Positions 11,007 through 24,644 are shown, counted from the stretch's first letter. The stretch: DNA of 64,000 nt from Squalus acanthias (GCA_030390025.1 CM059431.1:130016001-130080000), one strand, 5' to 3'. Notes: generated by a model not told the origin, from the sequence alone. A program made the numbers and translations.

Positions 11007-14000
11007 GAACATAAGAACATAAGAAATAGGAGCAGGAGTAGGCCAATCGGCCCCTCGAGCCTGCTCCGCCATTCAATAAGATCATGGCTGATCTGATCCT
11101 AACCGCCAATCTACTATCTACTATCACAGAACCATCTCCTGCATCTAACAGAATTGCACACACGAAATAGGAGCAGAATCAGGCTACACGGTCCCTGGGC
11201 CCGCTCCACTACCCACAGGGCTATGACCGATCCGAACCTAGACTCATGTCCAAATTCCTGCCCGCTCCCCGTAACCCTTAATGCCCTTTACTTCTAGGAA
11301 ACTGTCTATTTCTGTTTTAAATTTATTTAATGATGTAGCTTCTACAGCTTTTTGTGGCAGCATATTCCATGGACCTACCACCCTCTGAGTGAAGTAGTTC
11401 CTCCTCATCTCAGTTTTGAAAGAGCAGCCCCTTATTCTAAGACTATGTCCCCTAGTTCTAGTCTCACCCGTCATCGGGAACATCCTCCCGCATCCACCCG
11501 ATCCAACCCCTTCACAATCTTATATGTTTCAATAAGATCGCCTCTCATTCTTCTGAACTCCAATGAGTAGAGTCCCAATCTACCCAACCTCTCCTCATAT
11601 GACCACCCCCTCATCCCCGGGATTAACCGAGTGAACCTTTTTTGCACTGCCTCGAGAGCAAGGATGTCTTTCCTTAAGTAAGGACACCAAAACTGTATGC
11701 AGTATTCCAGGTGCGGTCTCACCAATACCTTGTACAACTGAAGCAATACCTCCCTATTTTTATATTCTATCCCCCTAGCAATGAAAGCCAACATTCCATT
11801 TGCCTTCTTAATCACTTGCTGCACCTGCATACTAACCTTTTGAGTTTTGTGCACCAGGACCCCCAGATCCCTTTGCACTTCAGTACTCTCCAGTTTCTTG
11901 CCATTAAGATAATAAATTGCTCTAGGATTTTTCCTGCCAAAGTGCATCACCTCACACTTTCCAGTGTTGTATTCCATCTGCCAAATCTCTGCCCACTTAC
12001 TTAGCCTGTCTATGTCCCCTTGCAGGTTTTTTATGTCCTCCTCACTCACTACTTTACATAGATACATAGATACATAGAAGATAGGAGCAGGAGTAGGCCA
12101 TCCGGCCCTTCGAGCCTGCTCCGCCATTTAATGAGATCATGGCTGATCCTCCAATTCAGTATCCCGTCCCCGCCTTCTCTCCGTAACCCTTAACCCCTTT
12201 TGCCTGTAGAAATATATCTAATTCCCTCTTAAATATATTTAATGAGCTGGCGTACACTGCCCTCTGTGGCAATGAGTTCCACAGGTTCACCACCCTCTGA
12301 GTGAAGAAATTCCCCCTCATTTCTGTCCTAAATGGTTTAGCCCTTATCCTTAAATTATGTCCTCTAGTTCTGTTCTCACCCGCCAAGGGAAACATTCCTT
12401 CTGCATCTAGTCTGTCTAGACCTGTCAGAATTTTATACACTTCTATGAGGTCCCCTCTCAATCTTCTAAACTCCAGTGTGTACATCCCTAAACTACATAG
12501 TCTCTCCTCATAGGTCAATCCCGCCATTCCTGGTATCAGCCTGGTGAATCGCCGCTGCACCCCCTCCATGGCAAGAACATCTTTCCTCAGATGAGGCGAC
12601 CAAAACTGTACACAGTACTCGAGGTGTGGTCTCACCAGTACCCTGTACAGCTGCAGCAAGGTATCCCTGTTCCTGTATTCCAACCCTTTTGCTATGAAGG
12701 CCAGCATACCGTTTGCCTTCTTGACCGCCTGTTGCACCTGCATGCTCGCCTTCAGTGACTGGTGTACAAGAACACCCAGGTCTCTCTGTACTTCCCCCTC
12801 TCCCAATTTATTGCCATTTAAATAATAATTTGCCCTCCCGTTCCTGCACCCAAGGTGGATAACTTCGCACTTGTCCACATTATAGTGCATCTGTCATTTA
12901 TCCGCCCAATCACCCAGTCTGTCCAAATCGCTCTGGAGCTTCCTGGTCTCCTCCTCTGAGCCCACCCCCCCTCCTAGTTTAGTGTCGTCTGCAAATTTGG
13001 AAATGCTGCATCCGACTCCCTGATCCAGGTCATTAATGTAAATTGTGAACAGCTGGGGACCCAGGACAGATCCCTGTGGTACCCCACTTGTTACTGCCTG
13101 CCATTCAGAAAATGAGCCGTTTATTCCAACTCTCTGTTTTCTATCTGACAGCCAGTTCTCTATCCACGTCAATACTTTCCCCTTTATCCCATGAGCTTCA
13201 ATTTTCCATGCTAATCTTTTATGTGGGACCTTATCGAAGGCCTTTTGGAAGTCCAGGTACACCACATCTACTGGCTCTCCCCCATCTATTTTACCAGTTA
13301 CTCCCTCAAAAAATTCCAATAGATTAGTCAAGCACGATTTACCCTTTGTAAATCCATGTTGACTCTGTCCTATCCTGTCCCCATTTGCTAAGTGCTCCGC
13401 TATTTCATCCTTAATGATGGACTCCAGCATTTTGCCCACAACTGATGTAAGGCTTACAGGTCTGTAATTACCTGCTTTTTCCCTACCCCCCCTTTTTGAA
13501 TAGTGGGGTAACGTTAGCTACCCTCCAATCCATGGGCACTGTTCCCGAGTCTAATGAATTCTGAAAAATCATACTTAGTGCATCCGCTATCTCTAGGGCC
13601 ACCTCCTTCAGTACCCTAGGATGCATGTTATCAGGCCCTGGGGATTTGTCCGCCTTCAATCCCTTTAGCTTCCTTAACACCATATCCTTAGAGATATTGA
13701 CTTGCGTCAGTTCCTCCTTTGCCAATGTCCCTATTTTTCCCGATATCCCAGGGAGGTTTTTTGTGTCTTCCTTCGTAAAGACTGACCCAAAGTATGCATT
13801 TAGTTGGTCTGCCATTTCCTTATTTCCCGTTATATATTCCCCCGCATCTGACTGCAATGGACCAACTTTGGTTTTCACCAGTCTTTTCCTCTTGATATAC
13901 TTATAAAAGCTTTTGGAGTTAGTTTTTATATTTTCCGCCAGCTTGCTTTCGTAAGCTATTTTGCCCCTCTTGATTAAGCCCTTTGTCCTCCTTTGCTCTA

Positions 14001-15233
14001 TCTTAAACTGTTCCCAATCTTCCGCTCTGGTGCTTTTTTGGGCTATTTTATATGCCCTATCTTTGGATTTTATGCTGTCTCTAATTTCCCCTGTTATCCA
14101 CGGTTGAGTCACCTTTTTAGATTTCCTTTTATGCCAGATTGGTATAAACAATTTTTGCAATTTTGTCATTCTATCTTTAAATGCTTGCCATTGTTTATCT
14201 ACCTCCAGTCCTCCCAGGAACGTTGTCCAATCAGACCTACTCAGTTCCCGTCTAATGGCATCATAATTCCCCTTGTTTAAATTCAGGACCTTAGTCTCTG
14301 AGTCAATTTCTTCGCTCTCCATTTCGAGTGAGAAATCGATCATGTTATGATCGCTCTGACCCAAGGGTCCCCGTACAACAAGATTACTAATTAGTCCCTC
14401 CCATCTTTGTATCATCTGCAAATTTTGATATGTTACACTTGGTCCCTTCCTCCAAATCGTTAATATAGATTGTAAAGAGTTGGGGACCCAGCACTGACCC
14501 CTGTGGAACACCACTAGTTACTGATTGCCAGTCTGAGAATGAACCATTTATCCCAACTCTTTGCTTTCTGTTAGATAGCCAATCCTCTATCCATGCCAGA
14601 ATATTACCCCCAATCCCGTGATTTTTTACCTTAAGCAATAATCTTTTGTGTGGCACCTTGTCAAATGCCTTTTGGAAGTCTAAATACACTACGTCCACTG
14701 GTTCCCCTTTATCCACCCTGTGTGTTACTTCCTCAAAGAACTCCAGCAAATTTGTCAAACATGACTTCCCCTTCGTAAAACCATGCTGACTTTGTCCTAT
14801 TAAATTATGATTATCCAAATGTCCTGTTACTGTTTCCTTAATAATGGACTCCAAAATTTTACCTACCACAGATGTTAGGCTAACCGGTCTATAGTTACCA
14901 GCCTTCTGTCTACTGCCCTTTTTAAATAAGGGTGTTACATTAGCAGTTTTCCAGTCTGCCGGGACCTTAGCGGAATCCAGGGAGTTTTGAAAAATTATTA
15001 CCAATGCATCTACAATCCCTACCGCCACTTCCTTCAAGACTCTAGGATGTAAGCCATCAGGTCCAGGTGATTTATCCGCCTTGAGTCCCATTATTTTACC
15101 GAGTACCACTTCCTTAGTGATTTTGATCGTGTTTAGCTCCTCCCCCCCTATAGCCCCCTGTTTGTCCAGTGTTGGGATATTCTTAGTGTCCTCTACTGTG
15201 AAGACTGATACAAAATATTCATTCAGTGTTTTT
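11007..15233 (-). mobile_element. 5'-truncated CR1 LINE 'A' (parts 11007-12055 and 14396-15233)
   Basis: ORF 14387-15277 ends FADDTKMGG and ORF 11471-12127 resumes KVVSEEDIKNLQ; in frame once 12056-14395 is removed. Confidence 0.92.
12056..14395 (-). mobile_element. 5'-truncated CR1 LINE 'B' inserted in the RT of LINE A
   Basis: ORFs 13483-14395, 12894-13439 ([22 protein letters not shown]), 12156-12890; (TATGTATC)n tail at ~12056-12076. Confidence 0.93.
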
Positions 15234-16301
15234 GACACTGGGGATAACTCCCCTGCTCTTCTTCGAATCAGTGCCATGGGATCAGTGCCAGGGGATCTTT
15301 ACGTCTATCTGAGAGAGCAGACAGGACTTTGGTTTAATGTCTCATCCGAAAGACAGCACCCCCTCAATACTGCACTGGAGTGTTAGCCTAGATTTTATGC
15401 TCAAGTGTCTAGAGTAGGACTTGAGCCCACATCCTTCTTACTCAGAGGTGAGAATGCTACCATTGAGCCATGGCTAACACTCAGAGTTATGAGGATGAGT
15501 GGGTCCTGTCATGTTGAATGAATGAAGTAGGCTGTCACTGAAATTTAGAGCCTTCATTTTTATGCAAATGTTCGACAATTGGACAGCTAGAAAGTACTAC
15601 TATCAGAATATTCTGATTTTACAACCTAAAAGCTTATTCTCTTTCAAGCTACAGAGATTGTACCCTTAACCAGGAAAATTATGGATTCCATTCCCATTAC
15701 AATTTTGTCTCCAAAAGAAGTCAAAGTTTCCTATTTATACCAGACCTGAGGGTCTTGAACAGTTGCATCACAAGGAGCTGTCCAAATGTGGTAATTCAAT
15801 ATAGGGAAGCAAATTATAAGTATAATGTTCTCCCATAACCCCTGGCTTCAGCACTTACGCTGTTCACTAATTGCTTGTCAGTAATGGCAACGTTCCTCTG
15901 ATTGCTTCATTTCTACCCTTATGAAACAATTCATTCATTTGAGTTCCTTTTCAAAACTTTGGAAATAAAACAGTGGAGACATTTCTGTGCAGTTTCTTTA
16001 CCACAGCATCACTTCATGGCTTTTCAACTCAAAAGCTGACTGCTTCCAGCAAGATCTAGGAGTCAGGCTGATTGCTGTTTCCAGGTCTTGGCTGATGGCA
16101 GTCACTGACTTTTGAGATGAAATTATAGTGGCTAGGTTTTGTCCAATATTGCATGCTTCCTTCTGGAGACAGTATAATGTTGCCACTGTGTGTAGTACCT
16201 TGACTTCCTATGCAGAAAAAACTGAGGTTATTTTCTCAATCTAGGCAATTGTTTGTTTTATTTGATAACAAAACTTTATGCAAACCCATTACTAGACAAT
16301 A

Positions 16302-16491
16302 GCAAAATACTGCGGATGTTGGAAATCTGAAATAACAACAGAAAATGCTGGAAATACTCAGCAGGCCAGGCAGCATCTGTGGAGAGAGAAACAGAGTTAA
16401 CGTTTCAGGTCTGGGACCCTTCATCAGAACTGGAAAAAGCTGGAGATGTAACAGATATTAAGCAGGTGCAGAGACAGGGGGTGGGGGGCAG
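16302..16491 (-). mobile_element. Penelope-like element 3' (pLTR) fragment with 13-bp TSD
   Basis: TSD TTACTAGACAATA at 16289-16301 and 16492-16504; homologous to PLE sequence at 61433-61540. Confidence 0.85.
16395..16431 (-). ncRNA. Minimal type I hammerhead ribozyme motif (PLE-associated)
   Basis: Minus strand AGTT-CTGATGA-A-GGGTC-CCA-GACCT-GAAA-CGT-T-AACT: CUGANGA/GAAA core, stem II, palindromic ACGU helix III, 4-bp helix I. Confidence 0.7.
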
Positions 16492-16559
16492 TTACTAGAC
16501 AATACTTGCTATATAAATACAAACTGTTGTTGGTTATATGGCTGGGAAGTAGAAACAGG

Positions 16560-17080
16560 AATAGGCAGTTCAGCCGATTAAGCACCTCTGTCATTTTATT
16601 AGCCATGGCAGCTCTTTATCCTTTAAATCCCTTTTAAGCACCTCGGTTGACATTGCATTTGTGGCCTACTGGAGCATTGTGTTCCACATCCTTGCAATCT
16701 TTTGTGTGAAGACATTTTTTTTGTATTTAAGTTTATGATCCTTGTTCTGGATTTCTCTACTAGAGGGAAAAGTCATTCCATATCCACCTTTTCAATTCCC
16801 TTCATTATTTTAAACACCTCTATCAGATCAATCTCAATCCCCACTTCTCCAGGGAATATAATCTAATTTTATCCAGTCTGTCATCATAGCGAAGTCCCTT
16901 TATCCTACCTGTTATCCTGGTGAAATGCTGCTGGACTGCTTCCAAAGCCAATTGATGCTTCTTAAAGTAGGATACCCAAAACTGAATGTAATACTCCAAA
17001 ATAGGTTGGATAGAACTTTGTATAAATGCAGTAGGACTTCCTTGCTTTTTATATTCCATACCTCTTGTGAAGAAACCTAG
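16560..17080 (-). mobile_element. Old CR1 3' fragment
   Basis: ORF 16823-17095 with degraded LEYYIQFW...LEAVQQHFTR...LYSLEK motifs. Confidence 0.75.
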
Positions 17081-17124
17081 AAAAATATAGCCCATACATT
17101 ACCATTGTTGATATTGGTGGACAC

Positions 17125-17285
17125 CAACGTTCCCTCTAAGCTGCGTGGCACAGCTGTCTGCCGGTCCTGCGCAGCCCAGGACCAGCTTTCCCAATGTGAA
17201 ATTTTGCGCATGCGAGAAACTTTGAATGGGCCGCGCAGCCTATTAAAAGGACCGCACACCCAAAAAACAATTAACAGGAACATTG
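17125..17285. mobile_element. Short MITE, possibly hAT-like
   Basis: Imperfect TIRs CAACGTTCCCTCTAA / TTAACAGGAACATTG; no clear TSD. Confidence 0.45.
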
Positions 17286-17312
17286 GCATGCACGCGCTTA
17301 TGCCCCCATAAG

Positions 17313-17703
17313 GTGTCAGACTTGGTTTAGTGGCAGCACTCTCGCCTCCGAGTCAGAAGGTTGTGTGAATATGGCCCACCCCAGAGACTTGAGCACATAA
17401 TCTACAGCACTTAAGTGCAGTACTGAGGGAGTTTGAGGTGCCATCTTTCAAATGAGACATTAAATCTGCCCTCTCAGATATACATAAAAGATCCCTAACA
17501 CTATTTAAAAAAGCACAGGGACGTTCTCCTGCTGTTCTTGTCAACATTTATCGGTTAACCAATACTACCAAAAATAGATTACCTGGTTACTTACTGATGT
17601 TAGTAGTTCCTTGTGTGCAAATTGCCTGCCATGTTTCTCTACATCACAAATTTAAAGGTACTTGTGATAGGCGTTGTATTGATGTAAGTTCGTTTGTTCT
17701 TCT
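17313..17703 (+). mobile_element. SacSINE1-like SINE, diverged
   Basis: Head GTCAGACTTGGTTTAGTGGCAGCACTCTCGCCTCCGAGTCAGAAGGTTGTG; body collinear with other copies. Confidence 0.75.
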
Positions 17704-19949
17704 TAGGACATTCTTCTGTTCACCATTTAAAATAATCAGATTTAACAGTTTTGTTAAAATGGTGGAAAACATACATCATATGAGCATGTTAAATGTTCAT
17801 TCACTAATATTGTTCATTTCTAAGTTTATATTTCTTTGTGTTACATTTCTGTATTAAAGAACAGCTGGGAGATGCAAAAAACTCATTCTAATTATGTCTT
17901 AATCACCAAGTAGACAAGACAGTGATGAGTAATTTGTATGATTTCATTAAGCATAACTGTCTTGACCTATCTGTTCAAAATGGCAAGCTCAAAAGTGGCC
18001 TCAATTAATGAATGGAATTATTCTTTTATTTTTATTATTACTTTGCTTTGGTACAATTCATTTGTATATGAATGATGATGAATGTTCACCTGGGATGAAG
18101 CACATATTGATATTTCCTCTCTCCCTGTAAAGAAGATTAATGCCTAGCCTGTGGAACATTGATAACTCATCATGTGGGAAATTGTTGACATGAATCAATG
18201 TGATACCCCTCTAGGGCACAAGCCCAGACTTTCTGATTTTATTTTATATAAGCCAGGGTGGATTTTATACAGGATAAGTGGAAGTGTCCTGTTGGCACCA
18301 ATTTTCCAAGCTCAGCTCATTAGCATAGATGCGGATGGGCCTAGGAAGCACTGTTGTAGTGGGAGCAGAACATCGTGTGTAATTCAAATTTAAAGGAACG
18401 GGGACATATAAAGTGAGGTTTCACAGTTGTGGGGCAAAGATTCTCAGAGATGGCCTCAAAAGGCAGCTCAGCCTAAAAGCAGCTGAAGAGGCCGGAGACT
18501 GAGAACAGGCATGCAAAAATTAAGGGAAATTAACTCAAGGTGCAGGCGTGAGTCTGCAGGCAGGTGAAGATGCAGAGATGCAGCCAACACCCAAACCTCT
18601 GTCTGATGGCTACTGAAGAAGCAGTGGTGCTGCATCAGGTGCTTGTGAGGATGGTTGTCTGTTCTCTCTCACCATGGCACCATCTCCATAGGTCATGATT
18701 GCAGCATGCCAGCAAGAGGGTGGAGCCATGTTTCAAGCCACAGCTGACGATTTCTGTAATTGGATATATCAACCCTATTTACATTGTAGCTGCAGGTGTC
18801 CTTGTAGCACATTGCACAGCCCTGTATTTGCCTCATTGCTGACCCAAATCCTGTTTCTCATGGTCATTCCCAAGAAAATGTGTCAGGGCCTTAGTTTCTT
18901 GTCGCCCACGCTTCAAGGGAGCCAGTGGGAGTAAGGGTGAGTAAATGATGTGGAGCCAGCAGATGGGAGCAGGAGGCCATGGCCAGGGACCGGCCCTCGG
19001 CAGTCAGGTAAATGTTGGGAGGTGGGTGATTTCGATTGGAGGAGGGGTGTGGGAGGGAAGCATTAGGTTTCCTTTTGGGCCCTGAAGGGGCACTCCTGCT
19101 CCTCCTGGCCCCCAAGAAAAGTTTAAAAAATAAATTTTACTTCACTTTTTCCGCCCTCTTCTGGGCACTTGGCACCGAACATGGCTGTCCAGAGTTAAAA
19201 TATAGTTGGGATGAATGACGTCTTCAGACTCTGACTTTTGAACTTCAATGAGGCTGTTGTCTTCCTGGTGCAAGGGCCTCGCTGGCTAGCCAGAACATGC
19301 TAGTTAAAATAGCACATGGCACAAGTGAGTAGGTCACGGTAAGGATTTTAACCCTCCGCATGTCCCATTCTCGTCAGGTGGGGTTTTAAAATCAGAGTTC
19401 TTGGCCGGAATTTTCCCGCTGCTGGGTGTGCGGATTTGGAGGCGGGTTAGCAGTAAAAGTTGCAGAAATTGCGAGCGCGTCGGGAACCCGCCCTCATCAC
19501 ACCTCCTCGCGCCTTTAACTCCAGCGTGTTTGCCACGCGCCACAGGCCCGAACGGCAGAGGCGAGCAACCTAATTAAGCTTATTAAATCCATTTTTGTGA
19601 GACCCTTAACGGGGATTTTAACCAGAACATATGATTTTTATTGGATGACCACAGGAATAACACAGCTCGGGAACCTCGTCTGTCAACCTGAGGCGGAAGC
19701 TCAGTGGTCATTGAGCAAGGTCATTAATGCAGAGCATGGAAATCCAAATAAATACTTCCACCTGACACCTCACTACTTGCCTAAAGGAAGGCTGACTCCA
19801 TTTTGAGTACAGATTAGGGTGTCTAGAGTTTGCAAGTCTTTTCTGCAACCTCGGAAGCCACTCTCACCAGATTGCTGGTACTTATCACAACAATTGACAG
19901 ATTGGTCTTCTGATCTCTACTTGACCTGCCATCTATTACATCAGCACGG

Positions 19950-21155
19950 GTGCTGCTTATACTGTCTCACCTTGGTCCTCACAATCGGACCACGATGAGC
20001 CCCACCACCACCACCAGCAGCAGCAACAACACCACCACCACCACCACCAACCTTCTCCTCAACGACCTGATTCTCCACGGGACAGAGGACATCAGCGCAG
20101 GGCTGCAGCGCGCCGGAGGCGATACCCCCAACACAGGATATACAGGCAGAGGATGAGCTTCCTCAACATGACTGAGCAGCAGTGCCAAAGGAGGCTCAGG
20201 CTATTGCGCCAGGTCGTCGCAGACATTTGCAGCTTGCTGGAACAAGATCTGCCACCCAGAGGTCCTGGTGGACACACTTTACCAGTGGCTGTCAAAGTCA
20301 CCAGCCCTCAACTTCTTCGCCTCAGGGTCCTTCCAGGGATCTGCAGCAGACATTTGTGGCATCTCGCAGTCGGCTGCCCACAGATGCATCATACAGGTCA
20401 CCGATGCCATGTTTAATAAGTCAACCAATTATGTGAACTTTGCCACTGATGAAGCCAGTGTTAGTGAGCGTGTGCTTAGCATTGCCACTCTGGCTGGCTT
20501 CCCATGGGCGCAGGGCATCATCGACTGCACACACGTGGCCTTCAGGGCACCCCTACATCACCCAGGATTGTTTGTGAACCGCAAGGGCTTTCACTCCCTC
20601 ACTGGTCTGTAACCATAGGAAGATCATCATGCATGTGTGCGCTAAATTCCCTGCTGTCATGACTTTCGTCCTGCAGCAGTCCATCCTCAGCTCTTCGCAC
20701 CGCCAAACACACTTACTGGCTGGCTGCTTGGAGACGAGGGCTTTTCACTGAAGACGTGGCACCCCTGAGGAGGCCAAGCAATGAGGGTGAAGAGCATTAT
20801 AATGAAAGCCACATGTCCACCAGATGTGTCATTGAGCAAACAATAGGCATGCTGAAGATGCGTTTGAGATGTCTTGACAGATCTGGAGGAGCCCTTCAGT
20901 ACACACCAGTCAGGGTCTCCAGAATCGTCATTGTCTGCTGCGCACTGCACAATATAGCGCAGTAACGAGGATTAGAGCTGCATGAGGAGCAAGGCGCAGA
21001 GCGCACAGCCTCTTCAGAGAAGGAGAGGGAGGAGCATCAGCTAGAAGACGAGGAAGAGGAGCAGGAGGAAGCTGAGGTCCAGATGGCACCAGCACCGGAG
21101 TACGCTGCCACCCGGGGAGGACAGGGATGGCTTCATCATGGCCAGATTTACTTAA
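19950..21155 (+). pseudogene. Harbinger (HARBI1-like) DDE transposase, frameshifted
   Basis: Fragments [85 protein letters not shown] at ~21373. Confidence 0.9.
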
Positions 21156-22073
21156 CTTCCTGCATTGCACCCATATGGCTGCCACTTGCTGTGCCAAGTT
21201 CCCCCCGCGCCTCCCCCGCAACAACACCATAAAGCATCCCTACAATGAACAAGCCATTCCTTTCACACTGACCCCCATTGCTGGAAGTTACGTTATGCTC
21301 ACCATTCATTCCAACTCACAAAGCCATCTCCAAAGTAGCAGACAAAAATGGGCATGACCGGAAAGTGGTGAAAATAAAAGCTTTTATATGTGTGATAACA
21401 GCAACGGAACCCGAACAATAACACTTTTTTATACACCCATGTGCTTACCCTTGTGCATCTATTTTTGTGTCATTTTTCTTTTACGTGTGCTTCTGTGAGG
21501 TGCACCCGCTGTGGCTTCAGCAGAGGTAGAGGCAGGCTGCTCACTGCTGCGAAGGCTTTGACACTTGCCGCACGTCCTCTAGGTTTTTGAGTCTGCTCCT
21601 CCTGCGACTGTGCAGGGGCAGACTCACCCATCGCGATCCGAGGAAGCATCTGGAGCTCTGACTAAGTGGGGGGGGGGGGGGGGGGGGGGGGCGGGCAATG
21701 GGGGAGAAGTGTAAGCGCTTTGAGAAGAGCTCCCACTTCCATGTCCCCTCTCATCATCATCCCTCTCATGGGCCACCTGCACTTCCCTGCTAGCAAGGAG
21801 CTGGAGAGCACCTTGCTGCACAGCAGTGGATCCATGAGTACCCAATTCAACGTTTACATCCCTCCTAGAGGGGAGGTCTATGAGCCTCTGTCATCTGTTC
21901 TCCATAGCTAGCATGTGCTCATGTGAGTGGTGCATTAGCTGCTCCATGCAGGTGGCCATCCTTTCCATGGAAGAGCACATCATCGCCTGCGACATGGTGG
22001 TACGCACGTTGGAGATGGACTCCTTCATTCTCTGAACAGCGTGACTGCAAAACCTGCCAAAGCCTCCTGCATT

Positions 22074-22148
22074 GGGCAGCATGGTGGCATAGTGGTTAGC
22101 TCGATGGGCCGAAATGGCCTCTATCTGCACTGTGGGGATTCTGTGATT
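22074..22148 (+). mobile_element. ~75-bp mini-SINE (HE1-like head fused directly to tail)
   Basis: GGGCAGCATGGTGGCATAGTGGTTAGC joined to TCGATGGGCCGAAATGGCCTCTATCTGCACTGTGGGGATTCTGTG, both matching 56920-57220; ATT at both ends. Confidence 0.85.
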
Positions 22149-23156
22149 TCTTGCTGCCCCTCCAGGATTACCCTCATTTTGGATGGCCCCCAAGGCTCAG
22201 CATTTGCATGCAGCGAAGTAGAGCTGGGAGCATCCTGAGCCCTCCGGTGAGGAGTCTCCACTGCTGTTCCTGTCCACACCATCTGCTCTTGCGCACTTAT
22301 GATGTGTGAGACACCAGGTGATAACACTACTCTATCTCGCACAGGACCCACCGAGAAGTGTGTATCTGTGCTGGTGCTGGGGTCTGCTGAGGCTGCACCC
22401 TCAGAGGCTGGAGGTTCCTCTGAGGAGTCATCTTCCTCCTCTGGCTGGACAGTGGGGGGTGGCGGGGTGCGGCTCATGATGCACCTGTGAGAGAGTAAAG
22501 GGATGATTGAGAAATGTTATATTAAGAATGGGTAACGATACTATTATGCACATGATGAACATTCACTGGCTGCTGACATCAGTCCCCATATGAGTGACTG
22601 CTGTACGAGATGTAATTCTGTCATCAGGTTGCTGAGAGGTCCCCCTCTTTCCGTCTCCCACCGTCAGCAGCTCTGCAACTCTTGAGACCTCCAGGTCCAC
22701 CTCCTCTGCTGCAGTTAAAGTACTTTAGGATGGAGGGCCACCTCCGGTTCTCTCCCTCTCCCTGTTGTTGTGCGCTCATTTCTCCTGCAAGGAGGGAAAG
22801 AAGAGAAGTTTGAGTGAGAGTAATGGAATGAGTGTAAGGAATGTGTGGGTTACATCTGCAGAGCGTGACTATGAGGGAATGTGGTACCAATGCCAAATGG
22901 CCTCTTTCTGTGGTGTTACTTGGTATGATTACATTAGGATGAGGGTGAGTGTGAGGGGTGGTTAGTCAGATGGGGATGTGAGTATGTACATAGAGAGAGA
23001 GCGGTGGGTGGACGTGCAAGGTATGTTGGTGTGGAGTAGGCTTGGCAAGGCTGAGTGATGGGGATGTGTTGACGGGCACTTCAGGATGAGTGTGTATGTG
23101 GCATTGCACTCACCTTTCCTGATCTCAGATCATTGAAGCGCTTCCTGCACTGTATC

Positions 23157-24644
23157 ATACATAGATACATAGAAGAGTACAGCACAGTACAGGCCCTTCG
23201 GCCCTCGATGTTGTGCCGAGCATTGTCCGAGACCAAGATCAAGCTATCACACTCCCTATCACTCTGGTGTGCTCCATGTGCCTATCCAATAACCGCTTGA
23301 AAGTTCCTAAAGTGTCCGACTCCACTATCACAGCAGGCAGTCCATTCCACACACCAACCACTCTCTGAGTAAAGAATCTACCTCGGACATCCCTTCTATA
23401 TCTCCCCCCATGCACCTTATAGTTATGCCCCCTTGTAACAGCTGCCTCTACCCGAGGAAATAGTCTCTGAACATCCACTCTATCTATCCCCCTCATCATC
23501 TTATAAACCTCTATTAAGTCGCCTCTCATCCTCCTCCGCTCTAAAGAGAAAAGCCCCAACTCCCTCAATCTTTCCTCATAAGACCTCCCCCCCAAACCAG
23601 GCAGCATCCTGGTAAATCTCCTTTGCACTCTTTCCAATGCTTCCACGTCCTTCCTATAGTGAGGTGACCAGAACTGCACACAATATTCCAAATGTGGTCT
23701 CACCAAGGTCCTGTACAGTTGCAGCATAACCTCACGGTTCTTAAACTCAAACCCTCTGTTAATAAACGCCAACACACCATAGGCCTTCTTTACTGCTCTA
23801 TCCACTTGAGTGGCAACCTTCAGAGATCTGTGGATATGAACCCCCAGATCCCTCTGCTCCTCCACGTTCCTCAGAACCCTGCCGTTGACCCTGTAATCCT
23901 TATTCAAATTTGCCCTACCAAAATGAATCACCTCGCACTTATCAGGGTTAAATTCCATCTGCCATTTTTCGGCCCAGCTCTGCATCCTATCAATGTCTCT
24001 TTGCAGCCTACAACTGCCCTCCACCTCATCCACTACTCCACCAATCTTGGTGTCATCAGCAAATTTACTGATCCACCCTTCAGTCCCCTCCTCCAAGTCA
24101 TTGATAAAAATCACAAACAGCAGAGGACCCAGCACCGACCCCTGTGGCACACCGCTGGTAACTGGTCTCCAGTCCGAAAAAGTTCCATCCACCACCACCC
24201 TCTGCCTTCTATGAGATAGCCAGTTACTTATCCAATCGGCCAAATTTCCCTCTATCCCACAACTCCTTACTTTCTTCATGAGACGACCATGGGGAACCTT
24301 ATCAAACGCCTTACTAAAATCCATGTATACGACATCAACTGCTCTACCTTCATCTACACACTTAGTTACCTCCTCAAAGAATTCAATCAAATTTGTTAGG
24401 CAAGACTTACCCTTCACGAATCCGTGTTGACTATCCCTGATTAAGTTGCCCCTTTCCAAATGGTCATAAATCCTATCCCTCAGGACCTTTTCCATTATCT
24501 TACCAACCACCGAAGTAAGACTAACCGGCCTATAATTACCAGGGTCATTCCTATTTCCTTTCTTGAAGAGAGGAACAACATTCGCCACTCTCCAGTCCTC
24601 TGGCACCATCCCCGTGGACAGTGAGGACCCAAAGATCAAAGCCA
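23157..24644 (-). mobile_element. Young 5'-truncated CR1 LINE with uninterrupted RT frame, inserted in the Harbinger Myb exon
   Basis: RT part of ORF 23239-24885 has no stops; TSD GTATC (23152-23156 / 24645-24649); TATGTATC-type tail. Confidence 0.95.

Larger units (their letters stand above)
10808..15480 (-). mobile_element. SacSINE1-like SINE split by nested CR1 insertions (parts 10808-11006 and 15234-15480)
   Basis: ...GGCCAG (11006) rejoins GACACTGGGGATAACTCCCC (15234), the contiguous motif seen in other copies. Confidence 0.85.

Noticed and set aside
16002..16207. Minus-strand AG/GT-bounded open segment (EVKVLHTVATLYCLQKE...)
   Set aside because: No recognisable homology and no partner exons; this length can occur by chance
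18255..19398. Possible degenerate MITEs (also 38480-38750, 40620-41040, 54130-54704, 55690-55950)
   Set aside because: GC-rich with single TIR-like ends but no convincing TIR pair or TSD by eye
21667..21691. Long G homopolymer (also 57759-57787 and 59129-59143)
   Set aside because: Simple runs inside transposons; lengths are error-prone and no function is evident
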